In this document: positions 1 to 11,931 of the stretch, in pieces
Position numbering within the stretch: the first letter of the stretch is position 1
Layout of the letters: the number at the start of each line of letters is the position of its first letter
From: the human T2T-CHM13v2.0 reference genome, Homo sapiens
DNA: 64,000 nucleotides
Assembly: GCF_009914755.1 (NCBI RefSeq)
Contig: NC_060935.1
Strand: one strand, 5' to 3'
The notes under the pieces: generated by a model
What the model saw: only the letters and a program-made list of their open reading frames with translations
Told to the model about the DNA's origin: nothing
The model's database searches: none
Translations under genes and position numbers: made by a program

Positions 1-1878
1 ATAGATATCTTTACATCTTTCTTTCTAATATGGATGTCATTTATTTCTTTTTCTTGATTTGTGGTACTGGCTAGTATCATAATTATAGTAGTTAGTGTAA
101 GTGATGAGAATATGCATGCTTGCTGTGTTTCTTATATTAAAGATACAGCATTCAGTTTCATTAATAACTGTAATGTTAGGGGAAAGTTGTTTACAGATGC
201 CATTTATCAATTGGAAGAAATTCTCTTCTATGTCTAGTATGCTGAGAAGCTTTATTGGGAATGGATATGGATTTTGGCAAAATTTTTTTATATTTATTGA
301 GATGATCTTTTTTTCTGTTTTAGTCTCTTATTGTAATGAATTAAATGGATTGATTTTCAAATATTAAAACCCACCTCACATTTCTGGGATAAACTTGGTC
401 ATGATGAATTAACCATATTATATATCATTTGATTCAATTTTCTAAAATGTTAAGAAGTTTTGCATTTATTTTCATAAGGGATAGTGGTCTGTAATTTTCA
501 TTTTATTTAATATATTAGTCTGGTTTTAGTGTCAGCGTAATACTGGTCTCATAGAATAAATTGGGAGGCATTTGCTCCTTTTTGATTTTCTGAAATAGTT
601 TGTTTAGAAGTTGCATTATTTTTTCTCTTTGTTTAGTAGAATTCCCCAGTGAAGACATTTCAGACTGGAGTTTTCCTTGTGTGAAGATTTTTAACAAACT
701 AAATTCCTTTAATTGATATAGGGCTATTCAGGTCACCTATTTCTTTTTGCATGAGCTTTTTATAGTTTGTGTCTCAAAGGACTAGTCCATTTCATCTAAG
801 TGTCCAATGTATTGCATAAAGTTATTCATAATATTCACTTATTACTCTTTTAATATTTGTAGAATCTGTAGTTGTCACTTATTTTATTCTTGATATTGGT
901 AATTTATGTTGTTTTTTGCTTTCTCTCTTTTTTACCCTAATCCTTCCTGCTAGATGTTTGTCAGACTCATTGATCTCTTTAAAGAACCAGCTTTTGGTTT
1001 TGATGATTTTCTCTATTGCTTTGTTTTCTATTTAATTGATATCCACTTTGATATTCATTATTTCCTTTTTTCTACTTACTTTGGGTTTAATTTTCTTTCT
1101 TTTTTTTTTTTTTTTTTTTTTAGTTCCTTCAGGTAGAAGTTTTTTCTTTTATACTAGACATATTCAGCACTATAGTATTTTTCTTTATCTGCTACTTTAG
1201 GCACATCTCTTTATTTTATTTTATTTTATTTTACTTTAAGTTCTGGGATACATGTAGGCACATCTCTTAAATGTTGATATGCAGTGTTTTCATTTTCGTC
1301 CAGTTCACAATGTTTTGACATCCCACTTTAGCTTTCTTCTTTTCCTTATAGTTTCTTTACAAGTGTGATATTTAGTTTCCAAATATTTGGGGATTTTCCA
1401 GCTATCTTTCTATTACTGAATTTATTAAAACTTCCTTTTTGGCCAGAATACAGTCTAACTTGGTAAATGTTTCATGTGTACTTGAAACTAATGCATTTTC
1501 TACTATGGTTGGGTGGAGTGTTCTATAAATGTCAAGTAGTAGCCGTTCAAGTTGGTTTATGTTTTTTCAAGTCTTCTGTGTCTTTATTGAAGATACAGAT
1601 TTTCTGTCTACTTTTTCTATCAGTTATCATGGAGGAATGTTAAAATCTTTCATTTTAATTGTGAATTTGCTTATTACCCCTTGAAGTTTTGTCAAGGGTT
1701 TTCTTTCTGGTATTTTGAAGTTCTGTTATTAGGTGTAGAAATATTTTGAATTTTGTAATGCCATTTGATTAAGTAACCCCTGAACATTAAAAAATGACCC
1801 TCTATATCTTTGGTAATGTTTCTTTCCATGAGTTGTGTAATATGAATATAGTCATTCTAGCTTTCTTTGATAGCCTGG
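1..1878 (-). mobile_element. Old L1M LINE-1, ORF2 (EN/linker) region, highly diverged; resumes at about 5019-5155
   Basis: T-rich antisense L1 ORF2-like motifs (ctggtctcatagaataaattgggagg, aagaaccagcttttggtttt, ggttgggtggagtgttctataaatgtc). Confidence 0.8.
1212..1254 (-). mobile_element. Ultra-truncated L1PA (PA7/8-like) 3' end with tail
   Basis: (TTTTA)n followed by ctttaagttctgggatacatg, flanked by a perfect 14-bp TSD taggcacatctctt (1198-1211, 1255-1268). Confidence 0.85.
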
Positions 1879-2352
1879 CGCTGGAGTTTGAATATGACTT
1901 GTCTCCACCAAAAGTCACATTGAAATTTGATCCCTAATGTGGTGGTATTGGGAGGTGGGCCCTAGTGGGAGATATGTGAGTCATGAGGGTGAATCTCTTG
2001 TGAATGGTTTGTTGCTGTTCTCACGGTAGTCTCTTGCAAGACTGAATTCATTCTTGTGGGACTGACGCTTTGAGAGCAGGTTGTTATAAAGCCTGGATGC
2101 CCCCTCAGGTTTTGCCTCTTCGCATATATCTACTTCCCCTTGACTTTCCCCACCATGTTGTGATGTAGCATGCTCAGCCCCTTCTGTGTGACACTCTGTG
2201 CTACCTCAGGACTCTACAGAGAGTTCCGCCGGCAAGAGGACCTCATTCTTGGAACTCTCAGCCTCCATAACTGTAAGAAATATTTTTTTTTTCTTTAGAG
2301 ATAACCTAGTTTTGGATATTCTGTTATAAGAAACAGAAAACAGAGTAAGGTA
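1879..2352 (+). mobile_element. MaLR MST-family 5' LTR
   Basis: gaaatttgatccctaatgtggtggtattgggaggtggg ... ctgttataagaaacagaaaacag, followed by the MST internal start gaaaactggtaccagg. Confidence 0.8.
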
Positions 2353-4573
2353 GAAAACTGGTACCAGGAATGGAGTGTTGCTGTAAAAATACCTTAAAGT
2401 GTGGAAGTGGATTTCAAATTGGGTAATGAGCAAAGGTTGAAAGAGTTTGGAGGATTAGGCTTGAAAAAGGCTCTGTTTCCATGAACAGATCATTAAGGGT
2501 GATTGTGATGAGGACTCGGAAGAACACAAAAAAAAGAGGGAAAATTTGAAGCTTTTTAGAGATTAAATGGCTGTGACCAAAACATTGATAGAAACATAGA
2601 CAGTAAAGGCCATTTTGATAAAGTCTTAGGTAGAAATGGAGAGTATTTATTTGAAAACTGAAGCAAAGGTCACCCTTGTTACATTGTAGCAAAATTTTTG
2701 GCTGCCTTGTGTTCACGCTGTAGGGCCCTGTGGAGGACTGAACTTAAGAGTGATGGACTAGGATATCTGGTGGAAGAAATTTCCAATAGCAAAGTCTCCA
2801 AGAAGTGGTATGGTTACTTTTCACTGCTCATGCTCAGTTATGGGAGCAAAGAAATGACCTAGAGGTAGAATTTATAATTAAAAGGGAAGCAGAGCATAAA
2901 AATTGGAGAAATGTTTAGCCTACCTATGGGGTAGAGAATGAAAAAGTGTTTTCAGAAGAGGAATCCAAGGGTGCAGTCAAGTGACTGCTTGTTACGTAAT
3001 AGTGAAAACACTGAGAAAAAGGCCCTGACACCATTTCAAAGATTTTCCAGGCTGCCCCTCCCATCCAGGTCCTGATAAAATAGTTTTAGAGGACAGGCCT
3101 GAGGGACTGCTGCCCTGCATTGTTTCAGGACACTGCTTCTTGCATCCTAGCTGCTCTGGCTGAAGCAGCCATGTCTCCAGTGGCCCCAAGTGTGACCCAG
3201 GCTTCCACTTTGGAGCAGTCAGGTGGTAAGCTTTGGCAGCTTCTACAAGGTGTTAGGGCTGCAGGTGCCCAGAATGCAAAAGCCACAGAGGCTTGGCAGC
3301 CTCCACCTAGATTTCAGAGGTTGTATCAGAAAACTTGGGATACTAGGCCAAAACCTGCCTGAGGGGCAGAGCCACTACAGAGAATCCCCACTAGGACAAT
3401 ACCTAGTGGATCCATAGGTGTAGGCCACTACCAGACCCCAGAATGGTAGAGCCAGTGGCAGTATGTAACCCCAAATGGAAAAGTTATAGGCATTTGATTC
3501 CAATCTATGACAGCAGGCATGTGAGCTGTGCCTAGCAAAGCTGTCAGAGGCATTTGAACCAGAGTGACTCCATCTTAAATAGGGTAAAATAAGGCTGAGA
3601 CCTACTGGGTTACATTCCTTGGAAGTTAAGGCATTTTCAGTCACACAATGAGATAGGAGGATGGCATGAGATACAGACTTTGCTGATAAAACAGGTTGCA
3701 GTAAAGAAGCTGGCTAAAGCCCACCAAAACCAAGATGGCGACAAAACTGACCTCTGGTCATTCTCACTGCTCATTACATGTATAATTATAATTCATGTAA
3801 ATTGTAATCCATTAGCATGCTAAAAGACACTCCCACCAGTGCCATGACAGTTTACAGATGTCATGGCAATGTCAGGAAGTTACCCTATATGGTCTAAAAA
3901 GGGGAGGGATCCTCAGTTCTGGGAATTGCCCACCCCTTTCCTGGAAAACTCACAAATAATCCACCCCTTGTTTAGTATGTAATCAAGAAGGAACCATGAA
4001 AATGGACAACCAGCGGCATGCTTATGGAATAGCCATTTTTTAATTGCTTTACTCTCTTAATAAACTTGCTTTCACTTTACTCTATGGACTCCCCTTGAAT
4101 TCTTTCTTGTGTGAGATCCAAGAACCTTGTCTTGGGGTCTGAATCAAGACTGCTTTCTGGTAACAAAGCCATGAGGTGGGACTGACTGCTTGAGGCCTTG
4201 GGAGTCCACCCCTCACACCAGTGCACCAAGGATGTGGGACGTGGAGTCAAAGATTATTTATGATCTTTAAGATTTAATGTCTGCTCCATCAGGTTTTTTA
4301 TTTGCTTGGGGCCTGTTGTTAGTTTCTTTTGGATGACTTTTCCCTTTTGGAATGGGAATATTTACCAAATGTCTGTCTCACAATTGTGTCTTGGAAGTAA
4401 ATAACTTTTATTTTACACTCAAAACTGGAAGGAGCTTGACCTGTCTCAGATGGGACTGATTTTGGCTTTTGTTTTGGTGCTAACACAAATTAGGACTTTG
4501 GGAGACTATTGGGAGGGAATGACTGTATTTTATATGAGAGATGGACATCAGTATTGAGGGGCCAGGAGTGGAA
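2353..4573 (+). mobile_element. MST internal region, interrupted by MER41B
   Basis: MaLR-int motifs (ttggcagcctccacctagatttcagaggttgtatc, ggagtcaaagattatt, ctttaagatttaatg) and a PPT-like ggggccaggagtggaa before the 3' LTR. Confidence 0.85.
3542..4165 (+). mobile_element. MER41B solo LTR (ERV1)
   Basis: Begins tgtcagaggcatttgaaccagag and ends ctggtaaca. 4-bp TSD aagc (3538-3541, 4166-4169). Contains the tandem GAS segment. Confidence 0.9.
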
Positions 4574-5018
4574 TGCACTGGTTTATGTATGGTTTTTCGC
4601 CATCAGACTCAGGTTGAAATTTGATCCCCAATGTGAAGGTGTTGAGAGGTGGGGCCTAGTGGGAGGTATTTGAATCATGGGGGCAGATACTTCATAAATG
4701 TCTGGGTACAGTTCTTGTGGTAATGACTGAATTCTTGCTCTGGGAGATTGATTAGTTCTTACAGAAATGGATTAGTTCCACTGAGCATGTTTTGTTATAA
4801 AGTGAGGGTGCCCCTTAATTTTGCTTCTTCACATGTGTCCACTTCCTCTTTGACCTCCTCTGCCATGGCTTGACCCAGCACATGGACCTCACTAGATACC
4901 AACAATGTGCTTCTCATACTTCCCAGCCTGCAGAATTGTGATCTAAATAGACCTCTTTTCTTTATAAGTTACCCAGTCTCAAGTATTCTGTTATAGCAAT
5001 ACAGAACAGACTGAGACA
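4574..5018 (+). mobile_element. MaLR MST-family (MSTB-like) 3' LTR
   Basis: TG...CA ends; ttcccagcctgcagaattgtga ... ttatagcaatacagaacagactgagaca. Confidence 0.85.
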
Positions 5019-5285
5019 ATTATTATGTCTTTCTCTCCTTCTTACTTTAAATCTGTTTTTGTCTTTATATTTAAATTGGGTTTCTTGTAGGCAATGTATA
5101 GTTGAATTTTGCTTATTTTGTTGTTGTTTTCAAAATCCAGTCTATTGACTTCTAACTTTTTTGAACTGATGATAAAAATCTCCATATTTATTGTATGCAG
5201 CATGATGTTTTGTATACATAGTGGACTGACTAAATGAAGCTATTTAACATATGTATTATCTCACATGCTTATGATTTTTTTAGTG

Positions 5286-5796
5286 GATTACTTACAAATC
5301 CCAGAGAGAAGGGGTTAGCATACCTCACAGGATCAATGGGAAGTGGAGAGTCATCCAGGACATATGCATATTTAACCAGTGGCAGGGAAGCAGGGGAGAG
5401 AGAGAGCAAGGGACATGAGGGCCAAAACCTTTACTGGGCTGGGGCATTGCCCAAGCAGGTTTCTTATGGGGAAGTCTAATTGGTGGGTTCAGAGAAAGTA
5501 GGCACAAGTTCCATGGAGGGATGCTGAGACTTAGAGGTGGTCACTGTGGCATACCTGCACCGTGCGTGGGGTATTGTGGGGGTCACCAAGGTGAGTCAAG
5601 GATGAGTCTATATGACTCGTAGAGAGATGGTCATCAGGAAATGGTGGTATAAGGCAGATATCTGGTTCTAGCACACTGAAAAACTGGGAGGAGGTGGAGA
5701 ACAGGAAAATGTGTCAAGAATGACTAATTCTTGCTTCTGGTTTGAGAAAGCTCAACTTATGTTCAAAATGTATATAGAATAAATTATGGTGATACA
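5286..5796 (-). mobile_element. ERVL-class LTR (MER73/LTR53-like), 3' end truncated
   Basis: Non-L1 block inside L1MA. The minus strand reads tgtatcaccataatttattc...ccagatatctgccttatacc, resembling the recalled MER73-group consensus. Confidence 0.5.
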
Positions 5797-5868
5797 TTAT
5801 TATTGACTATATCACCACCATGTCATACAGTAGATCTATTGAACTTATTTCACTTGTCTCACTGAAGT

Positions 5869-6352
5869 GTTTTTTTTTTTTTTTTTTTTTTTCAGGGAGG
5901 GAAAGACAAAACATATTTATTCCAGGCCAGGTCTTAAAATGCATGCTGCATTGTTCCCTATTGTTATCGGCACCAACAAGGAGAGAACATGCCTTAATGG
6001 CACCTCCACCTGGAGCTTGCCATGTGGCTGCTGTGAGGCTCCCTGTGAGTCCATGCACTCTTCTTCCTCATTGGTGCAGTCAGTGAGGTTTTCTACCCTC
6101 ATAGCAAAGGGATCCTTAACTATAAATTCACTGTGTGCAGAGAAGAGGACAGAATCTGATGCATTGATTGTTCCTCATTTAAACCATGACTTAATCCCTA
6201 TCTCAGGATTTAACTATCCTTATTTTCTGGTTAAAATTTTTTTTAATAAAAGAAAGGGGGAGATTGGTAAGGGGCAAAAACAATAGAAATTACACCATAC
6301 TGACACAGAGACTTTAAGTTCTAGTCAGAGGGAAGACCCATATAGAGGGCCA
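5869..6352 (-). pseudogene. 5'-truncated processed retrocopy of an mRNA 3'UTR (resembles the calnexin 3' end by recall)
   Basis: Poly-T 5870-5892, AATAAA on the minus strand (5916-5921), TSD actgaagt (5861-5868, 6353-6360). L1MA is continuous on both sides. Confidence 0.8.
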
Positions 6353-9220
6353 ACTGAAGTTTTGTGTCCTCTGACAAACACCTGCCCACTCCTCATGCCC
6401 CCCGCCCCCCAGCCTCAGGATGCCACCATTTTACTATCAGTTCAACTTTTTTACACTCCGTATATAAGTGAGATCATGTGGTACTTTTCTTTTTATGCTT
6501 GGCTTACCTCACTTAACACATCCTCCGGGTTCATTCATGTTGTCACAATGACAGAATTTCCTTCTTTGTATAGCTGAATAGTACTTCATCATGTATATAT
6601 GCCACATATTCTTTATCCATTCATTCACTGATGAACACTTAGATTTATTTCATATCATGGCTATTATGAATAATGCTGCGATGAACGTGGGAATACAGAT
6701 CTCTCTTCTACATACTGATTTCAAATTATTTGGATTTATAACCAGTAGTGAAATTACTGGATCATATAGTAGTTCTAATTTTTGAGGAACTTCCAAACTG
6801 TTTCCCATAATGATGTATTAATTTACATTCCCACCAACAGTGTACAAGGATTCTCTTTTCTCCATATCTTTGCCAATACTTCTTATCATTTGTCACATAA
6901 GACCAAAGCCATTTTACAGGTATTAGATGAATTTCACTGTGGTTTTCATATGTATTTCCCTGATGACTACTGGTGATCATTTTTTTCCATATACTTGTTG
7001 GCTGTTTCTACACCTTTTAAGAAATGTCTATTGAGGTATTTTTCCCATTTTTAAATCAAGTTATTGTTTTCTTTTTATGAGTTAAGTTCCAAATATGTTT
7101 AGAATATTAAGTCTTTATCAGATGTATGTTTTGCAAATATTTACTTCCATTCCATAGGTTGTCTCCTTACTCTAGTAATTGTTTCTTTTCCTGTGCAAGA
7201 GCTTTTGAGTTTGGTGTGATCCCATTTGTCTGTGTTTGCTTTTGTTGCTTGTGCTTTCTGGGTCACAGTAAAAAAAAAAACATCATTGCCCAAAAACATG
7301 ACATGAAGCTTTCCCCATATGTTTTCTTATACTGTATTTACAGTTTAGGTCTTTAATCAATTTTGATTTTTATAAGTGGTGAGGGATAAGGGTCTAATGT
7401 CATTCTTCTGTGTGTAGATATCCAGTTTTCCAACACCATTTATTAAATAGACTGCCTTTCCTCCAGTGCATTTTCTTGACATCATTGTCAAAAATGAAGT
7501 AGCTGTAAATGTGTGGATTTATTTCTCAGCTCTCTATTCAATTTTATTGGTCTATGCATCTGTTGAGTATGAGTTTAGCTATTAATTTTTTATATGGCCT
7601 TTATTGTGTTGTGGAACAGTTCTACTTAATTTGTTGTGAGTTTTTATCATGAAAGCATGTTAAATTTTATTGAATTTCTTTTCTTCATCTGTTGAGATTA
7701 TCATAGTTTTTTTTTATTTTATTAATGTGATATATGGAATTTATTGATTTGCCTATATTAAACTGTTCTTGAATTCCAGGAATTAACCCCACTTGCTCAT
7801 AGTGAATTATCCTTTTAATAAGCTGTTGAATTTGGTTTGCTATTATTTTGTTAAGAATTTTTAATCCATCATTTATCAGGGATGTTGGCCTGTAATTTTT
7901 TTTTTCCTTGTGGTGTCCTTGTCTGGCTTTGGTATTAGAGTAATGCCAGCTTTCTAAAATGAGTTGGGAAGCGTTCTTTCCTCTTCTGTTTTTCAGAAAA
8001 GTTTGAGAAAGACTGGTATTAGTTACTTAAATATTTGGTAGAATTCAGCATTGAAGCCATCTGGTCCTGAGATTTTTCTGTGATGGGAGAATTTTTATTA
8101 TTGATTTACTATGCTCTTAACCATTATTGGTCTGTTCAGATTTTCTGTTTCTTCATGATTCAGTCATGGTGGATTTTATATGTCTAGGAATTTATTCATT
8201 TCATTTAACTTAAATTTGTTGGCATATAATTGTTTTAGTAGTCTCTTATGATACTTTAATAAAATTCACCTACCCTAAGTAAGTCTGACAAATGTATTTC
8301 TGTGGCATGGGTTGTTATGTCATTTCTTTCATTTCTCTTTTTATTTATTTGAGTCTTCTCCCTTTATTTGAGACTTCTCCCATAGTCTAGCTGTGGGTTT
8401 GTCAATTTTGCTTGTCTTTTCAAGGAAACAATCCTTAGTTTTGTTGATCTTTTCTATTGTTTTTATAATCTGTATTTTATTTATTTCTGCTCTGATCTTT
8501 ATTATTTTCTTCCTTCTGCTAATTTTCAGCTCAGTTTATTCTTCTTTTTCTGTTTCTCTAAGGTTTAATGTTAGCTTATTTGGGATCTTTCTTCTTTTTT
8601 GATGTAGGAATTTATTATTATAATCTTCTCTCTTAGGACTCTTATTTTTATGCATCCCATAAGTTTTAAATGTTGTGTTTCCATTTTCTGCTCAAGATTA
8701 AAAAAAATTCTCTTTTGATTTATTCATTGACCAATTGGTTGTTTAGGAACACATTGTTCAATTTTCACATATTTGTGACTTTTTCTGATATTTTTCCTAT
8801 TATTGAATTCTAATTTTAGACCATTGTGGTCAGGAAAGATACTTGATATGATTTCAATCTTCTTCAATTTGTTAGGGCTTATTTTGTGGTTTAATATATG
8901 ATCTATTCTGGAGAATCGTTTGTGTGCAGTTGAATAGAATGTGTATTTTGCAGGTGTTGAATGCAGTATTTGTATATGTCTATTAGGTCCATTTGGTCTA
9001 AAGTACAGTTTAAGTTTAACATTTTCCTACAGATTTTCTCTCTGGATGATCTGTCCATTACTGAACATGGGGTATTGAATTACTGCATATTATTGTATTG
9101 TAGTCTATTTCTCCCTTCAGATCTATTAATCATTGCTTTTTATATTTTGGTACTTCCATGTTGGGTGAACATGTATTTGCAGTTGTTGCATTTCCTTGAT
9201 GAATTGATTCCTTTATCATT

Positions 9221-9478
9221 GTTTTAGTACATATTATATAAATATAGCAGAACACCACATATTGGGTAATCTATAATTAGAGATTTACTGGCTCGCAGTT
9301 CTGGTGGCTGTAAAGTCCAAGACCAAGGGGCTGGCATCTGGCAAGGGCCTTCTTGATGCATCATAACAGGACAGAAGGCATCACATGGTGAAAAGACAGA
9401 ATGAACAAGAGGGGGTAAACCCACTCTGACAATAGGGAACCCATTCCTGTGATAATGGCATTAATGTATTCATGAGGA
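9221..9478 (-). mobile_element. MaLR LTR fragment (MLT1A-like)
   Basis: ggctcgcagttctggtggctgtaaagtccaagacc...gcatctggcaagggccttcttg...gataatggcattaat. Confidence 0.7.
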
Positions 9479-9494
9479 CTGCTATGTATAACTA

Positions 9495-9877
9495 CAGACA
9501 GTTTCTGACTTATGATGGTTTGACTTTAAAATGTGTAAACTTTATGATGGTGTGAAAGCAATCCATATTAAGTAGAAACGATACTTTGAATTTCGATCAT
9601 TTCCTGGGCTAGTGATACTCTCCTGTGTTCCTGGGGAGTGGCAATAAGCCATAGCTCCCAGTCGTTCAGCCATGGGATAAGGGTAAACAGCCAATACACT
9701 ACAGTGTACTGTGTTACCAGATGATTTCGCCCAACCGTAGGCTTATATGAGTGTTCTGAGCATGTTCAAGGTAGGCTCGGCTAAGCTATGATGTTTAGTA
9801 AGTTAGGCATATTAAATGCATTTTTGACATGATATTTTCAGCTTATGGGTTTATTGAGAAATAATTTCATTGTAAAT
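9495..9877. mobile_element. MER47 (Tigger5-derived) DNA transposon
   Basis: cagacagtttctgacttatgatgg terminus and gtaggctcggctaagctatgatg core. Homologous to 46327-46721. Confidence 0.75.
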
Positions 9878-9995
9878 CTCTCTCTATATATAAAATATTA
9901 TATATAATATATATTATATATATACACATTTAGATATGACAACATTACTCTCTCTGTACTTCAGGTACCTTTTGACTCTTTTCTCTTTTACCAGC

Positions 9996-10108
9996 TGTAA
10001 GCTTCTTGAGCTTAGAGATTGGTATTATTCATCCTTGCATCCCCAGGTCCTAGTATGTGCCTGGCACATAGTAAGCACTCAGGAAAAGTTTTAAATGAAT
10101 AACTGAGT
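9996..10108 (+). mobile_element. L2 3' end fragment
   Basis: tgtaagcttcttgag ... gtgcctggcacatagtaagcactc ... aatgaat. Confidence 0.65.
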
Positions 10109-11119
10109 AAAAATATTGGTTGGTAGAGCCTTTTTTTTTCTCAGATAGCAGCTAGTTTATTTCAACAAAACTGTAAGTCCCATTTTGAAGCAGCACATTG
10201 GATAAAAATGATTAAAGAGATGATCTAGTCTTCTAAGCAATGAAACACATGAGCATAGGACTGTACTTGAGCAAAATCAGGATTCTGCCAACCACAAGGA
10301 AGGAGAAAAATGGTAGGCAGGTAGACAGATAAGTAATAAGTATTCTCAAAAGCACCTGTACCCTTTGTTCTGAAGAGAATGTTTTAAACATATACCAAGT
10401 GAGAATTTTAAATAGTGTTTTAGACTGGTTTCATGACAGCGTCTAACTTATATGACTGTAAATATTTCCAGAACACAATAAACTCCACTTCCATCCCAAG
10501 ATGCTTCATGCAGTGTGTCACTTTGGATGGTAATTATATTGCATTAGGGAGACAGATTGTGCAGCCTCAAAAGGGAAAGACTATACTGGTAAATCTGTCA
10601 TCCACCCCCACAATGCACACCCTCTAACGAGGAGAATTCTATTATTTCTGGACCATCTTTATTTCACATTTATTAATTAAAAAATACAAGCTACTGGAGC
10701 AGAGTAACTCCTAAGTAGAAAGCACTGTTTTTGTTTCAATCATGGAGATCTAGTTTTTGTTTTTCCTCTGTGGGAATATTTTTAAATACAGAATTTTCCT
10801 ACTTATTTCTTTTCACCCTTTTAAGACAGGGCAATGCTTAATTACCTGTCATATTCATATTTGACAAGTCATTCAAATTTTCCAAGCCTCATTTTTCTCA
10901 CCTGAAAAAATATATATATAATTGAGTCATCTTACGGAGATTTTCCCTCTTAAAATAAAGGAGCCAAATTATTTTTACACTGCAAAACACTGAGCAAATT
11001 TTCAGTATGAGGTTTGTGGTACATGGAAATGTGGTAGTTATTTATTTTTTTATGCCAACAACTTTATACAGTGACTGGAACATGTTGACACTCAGTACAT
11101 ATTTTAAAGGAATAAAATA

Positions 11120-11356
11120 AATAAGAAAGGAGGAAAGATGGAAGCAAGAGTAAGGGAAAAGGGAGGGAGGGGAGGAAAAGACAGCGGAAACAGAGAGGAG
11201 GAATAAAGGAAGAAAAATGGATGGGAGATGGAAGGGGGAAGGGAGGAAGGGAGGGAGGAAAAAAGAAAAGGGAATCAGAAGGAGAGAGAGAAGGAAAAAG
11301 TAAGGAAGGAAGGAAGGAGAAAATAAAAGAATAGGGGAACAAGGAAAGGGAGGAAT
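11120..11356 (+). repeat. GA-rich low-complexity homopurine tract
   Basis: About 235 bp of almost only G/A (ggaa, ggga, gaga units). Confidence 0.9.
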
Positions 11357-11884
11357 AACTATGACTGTTATGTAATTAGTTGATTAATTTTGACTTTGAC
11401 CTGTATATAACAACAACTGATTTAATCATGGTAGCTGTTCTGTTCTCCTCCAAATAAGGTAAGTATATTTTTCAAAGTGATTAATGTTACATGAAGTTTA
11501 AACATGGTGGTCCTGCGTTGGGGTGGTTGAAGTAGTTATATTTGCTACTTTGTTAGTATTAGTATTAATATTACCACCTTTGAAAATGAAACCGGAAAGA
11601 GACGGTTTCATTTCCAAATGCAATAGCTAAGTGGAAATGCTAGAGAAGACGCATTCATTAAAGGGATTGCCCTTTTTTTCCTACTTTTTAGAGAATTTAT
11701 TCAAAAAACAGCAGGATACTTTTTAAATATTCTTAGATTCTTAGTCTTAAATTGGAAATAATTTATTTATTTATTTTGTCCTTAAGCATAAACTTGATTC
11801 ATTAGTAGGGACACACAAACAAACATAATTAGTACTGGAGAATAGAAGGTATTTGTATCTTGCTCCAATGTAAGAGTCAATTAA

Positions 11885-11887
<3 letters not shown>

Positions 11888-11915
<28 letters not shown>

Positions 11916-11931
11916 CATGTGTGTGTGTGTG
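11888..11931 (+). repeat. (TG)n microsatellite
   Basis: Direct observation, one interruption. Confidence 0.95.

Larger units (their letters stand above)
5156..9220 (-). mobile_element. L1MA-type LINE-1 (3'UTR plus ORF2 pieces, internal deletion near 7560), interrupted by an LTR and a retrocopy
   Basis: L1MA 3' end motifs (tagatctattgaacttatt, ataagtgagatcatgtggtact) followed by degenerate antisense ORF2 sequence. Confidence 0.85.
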
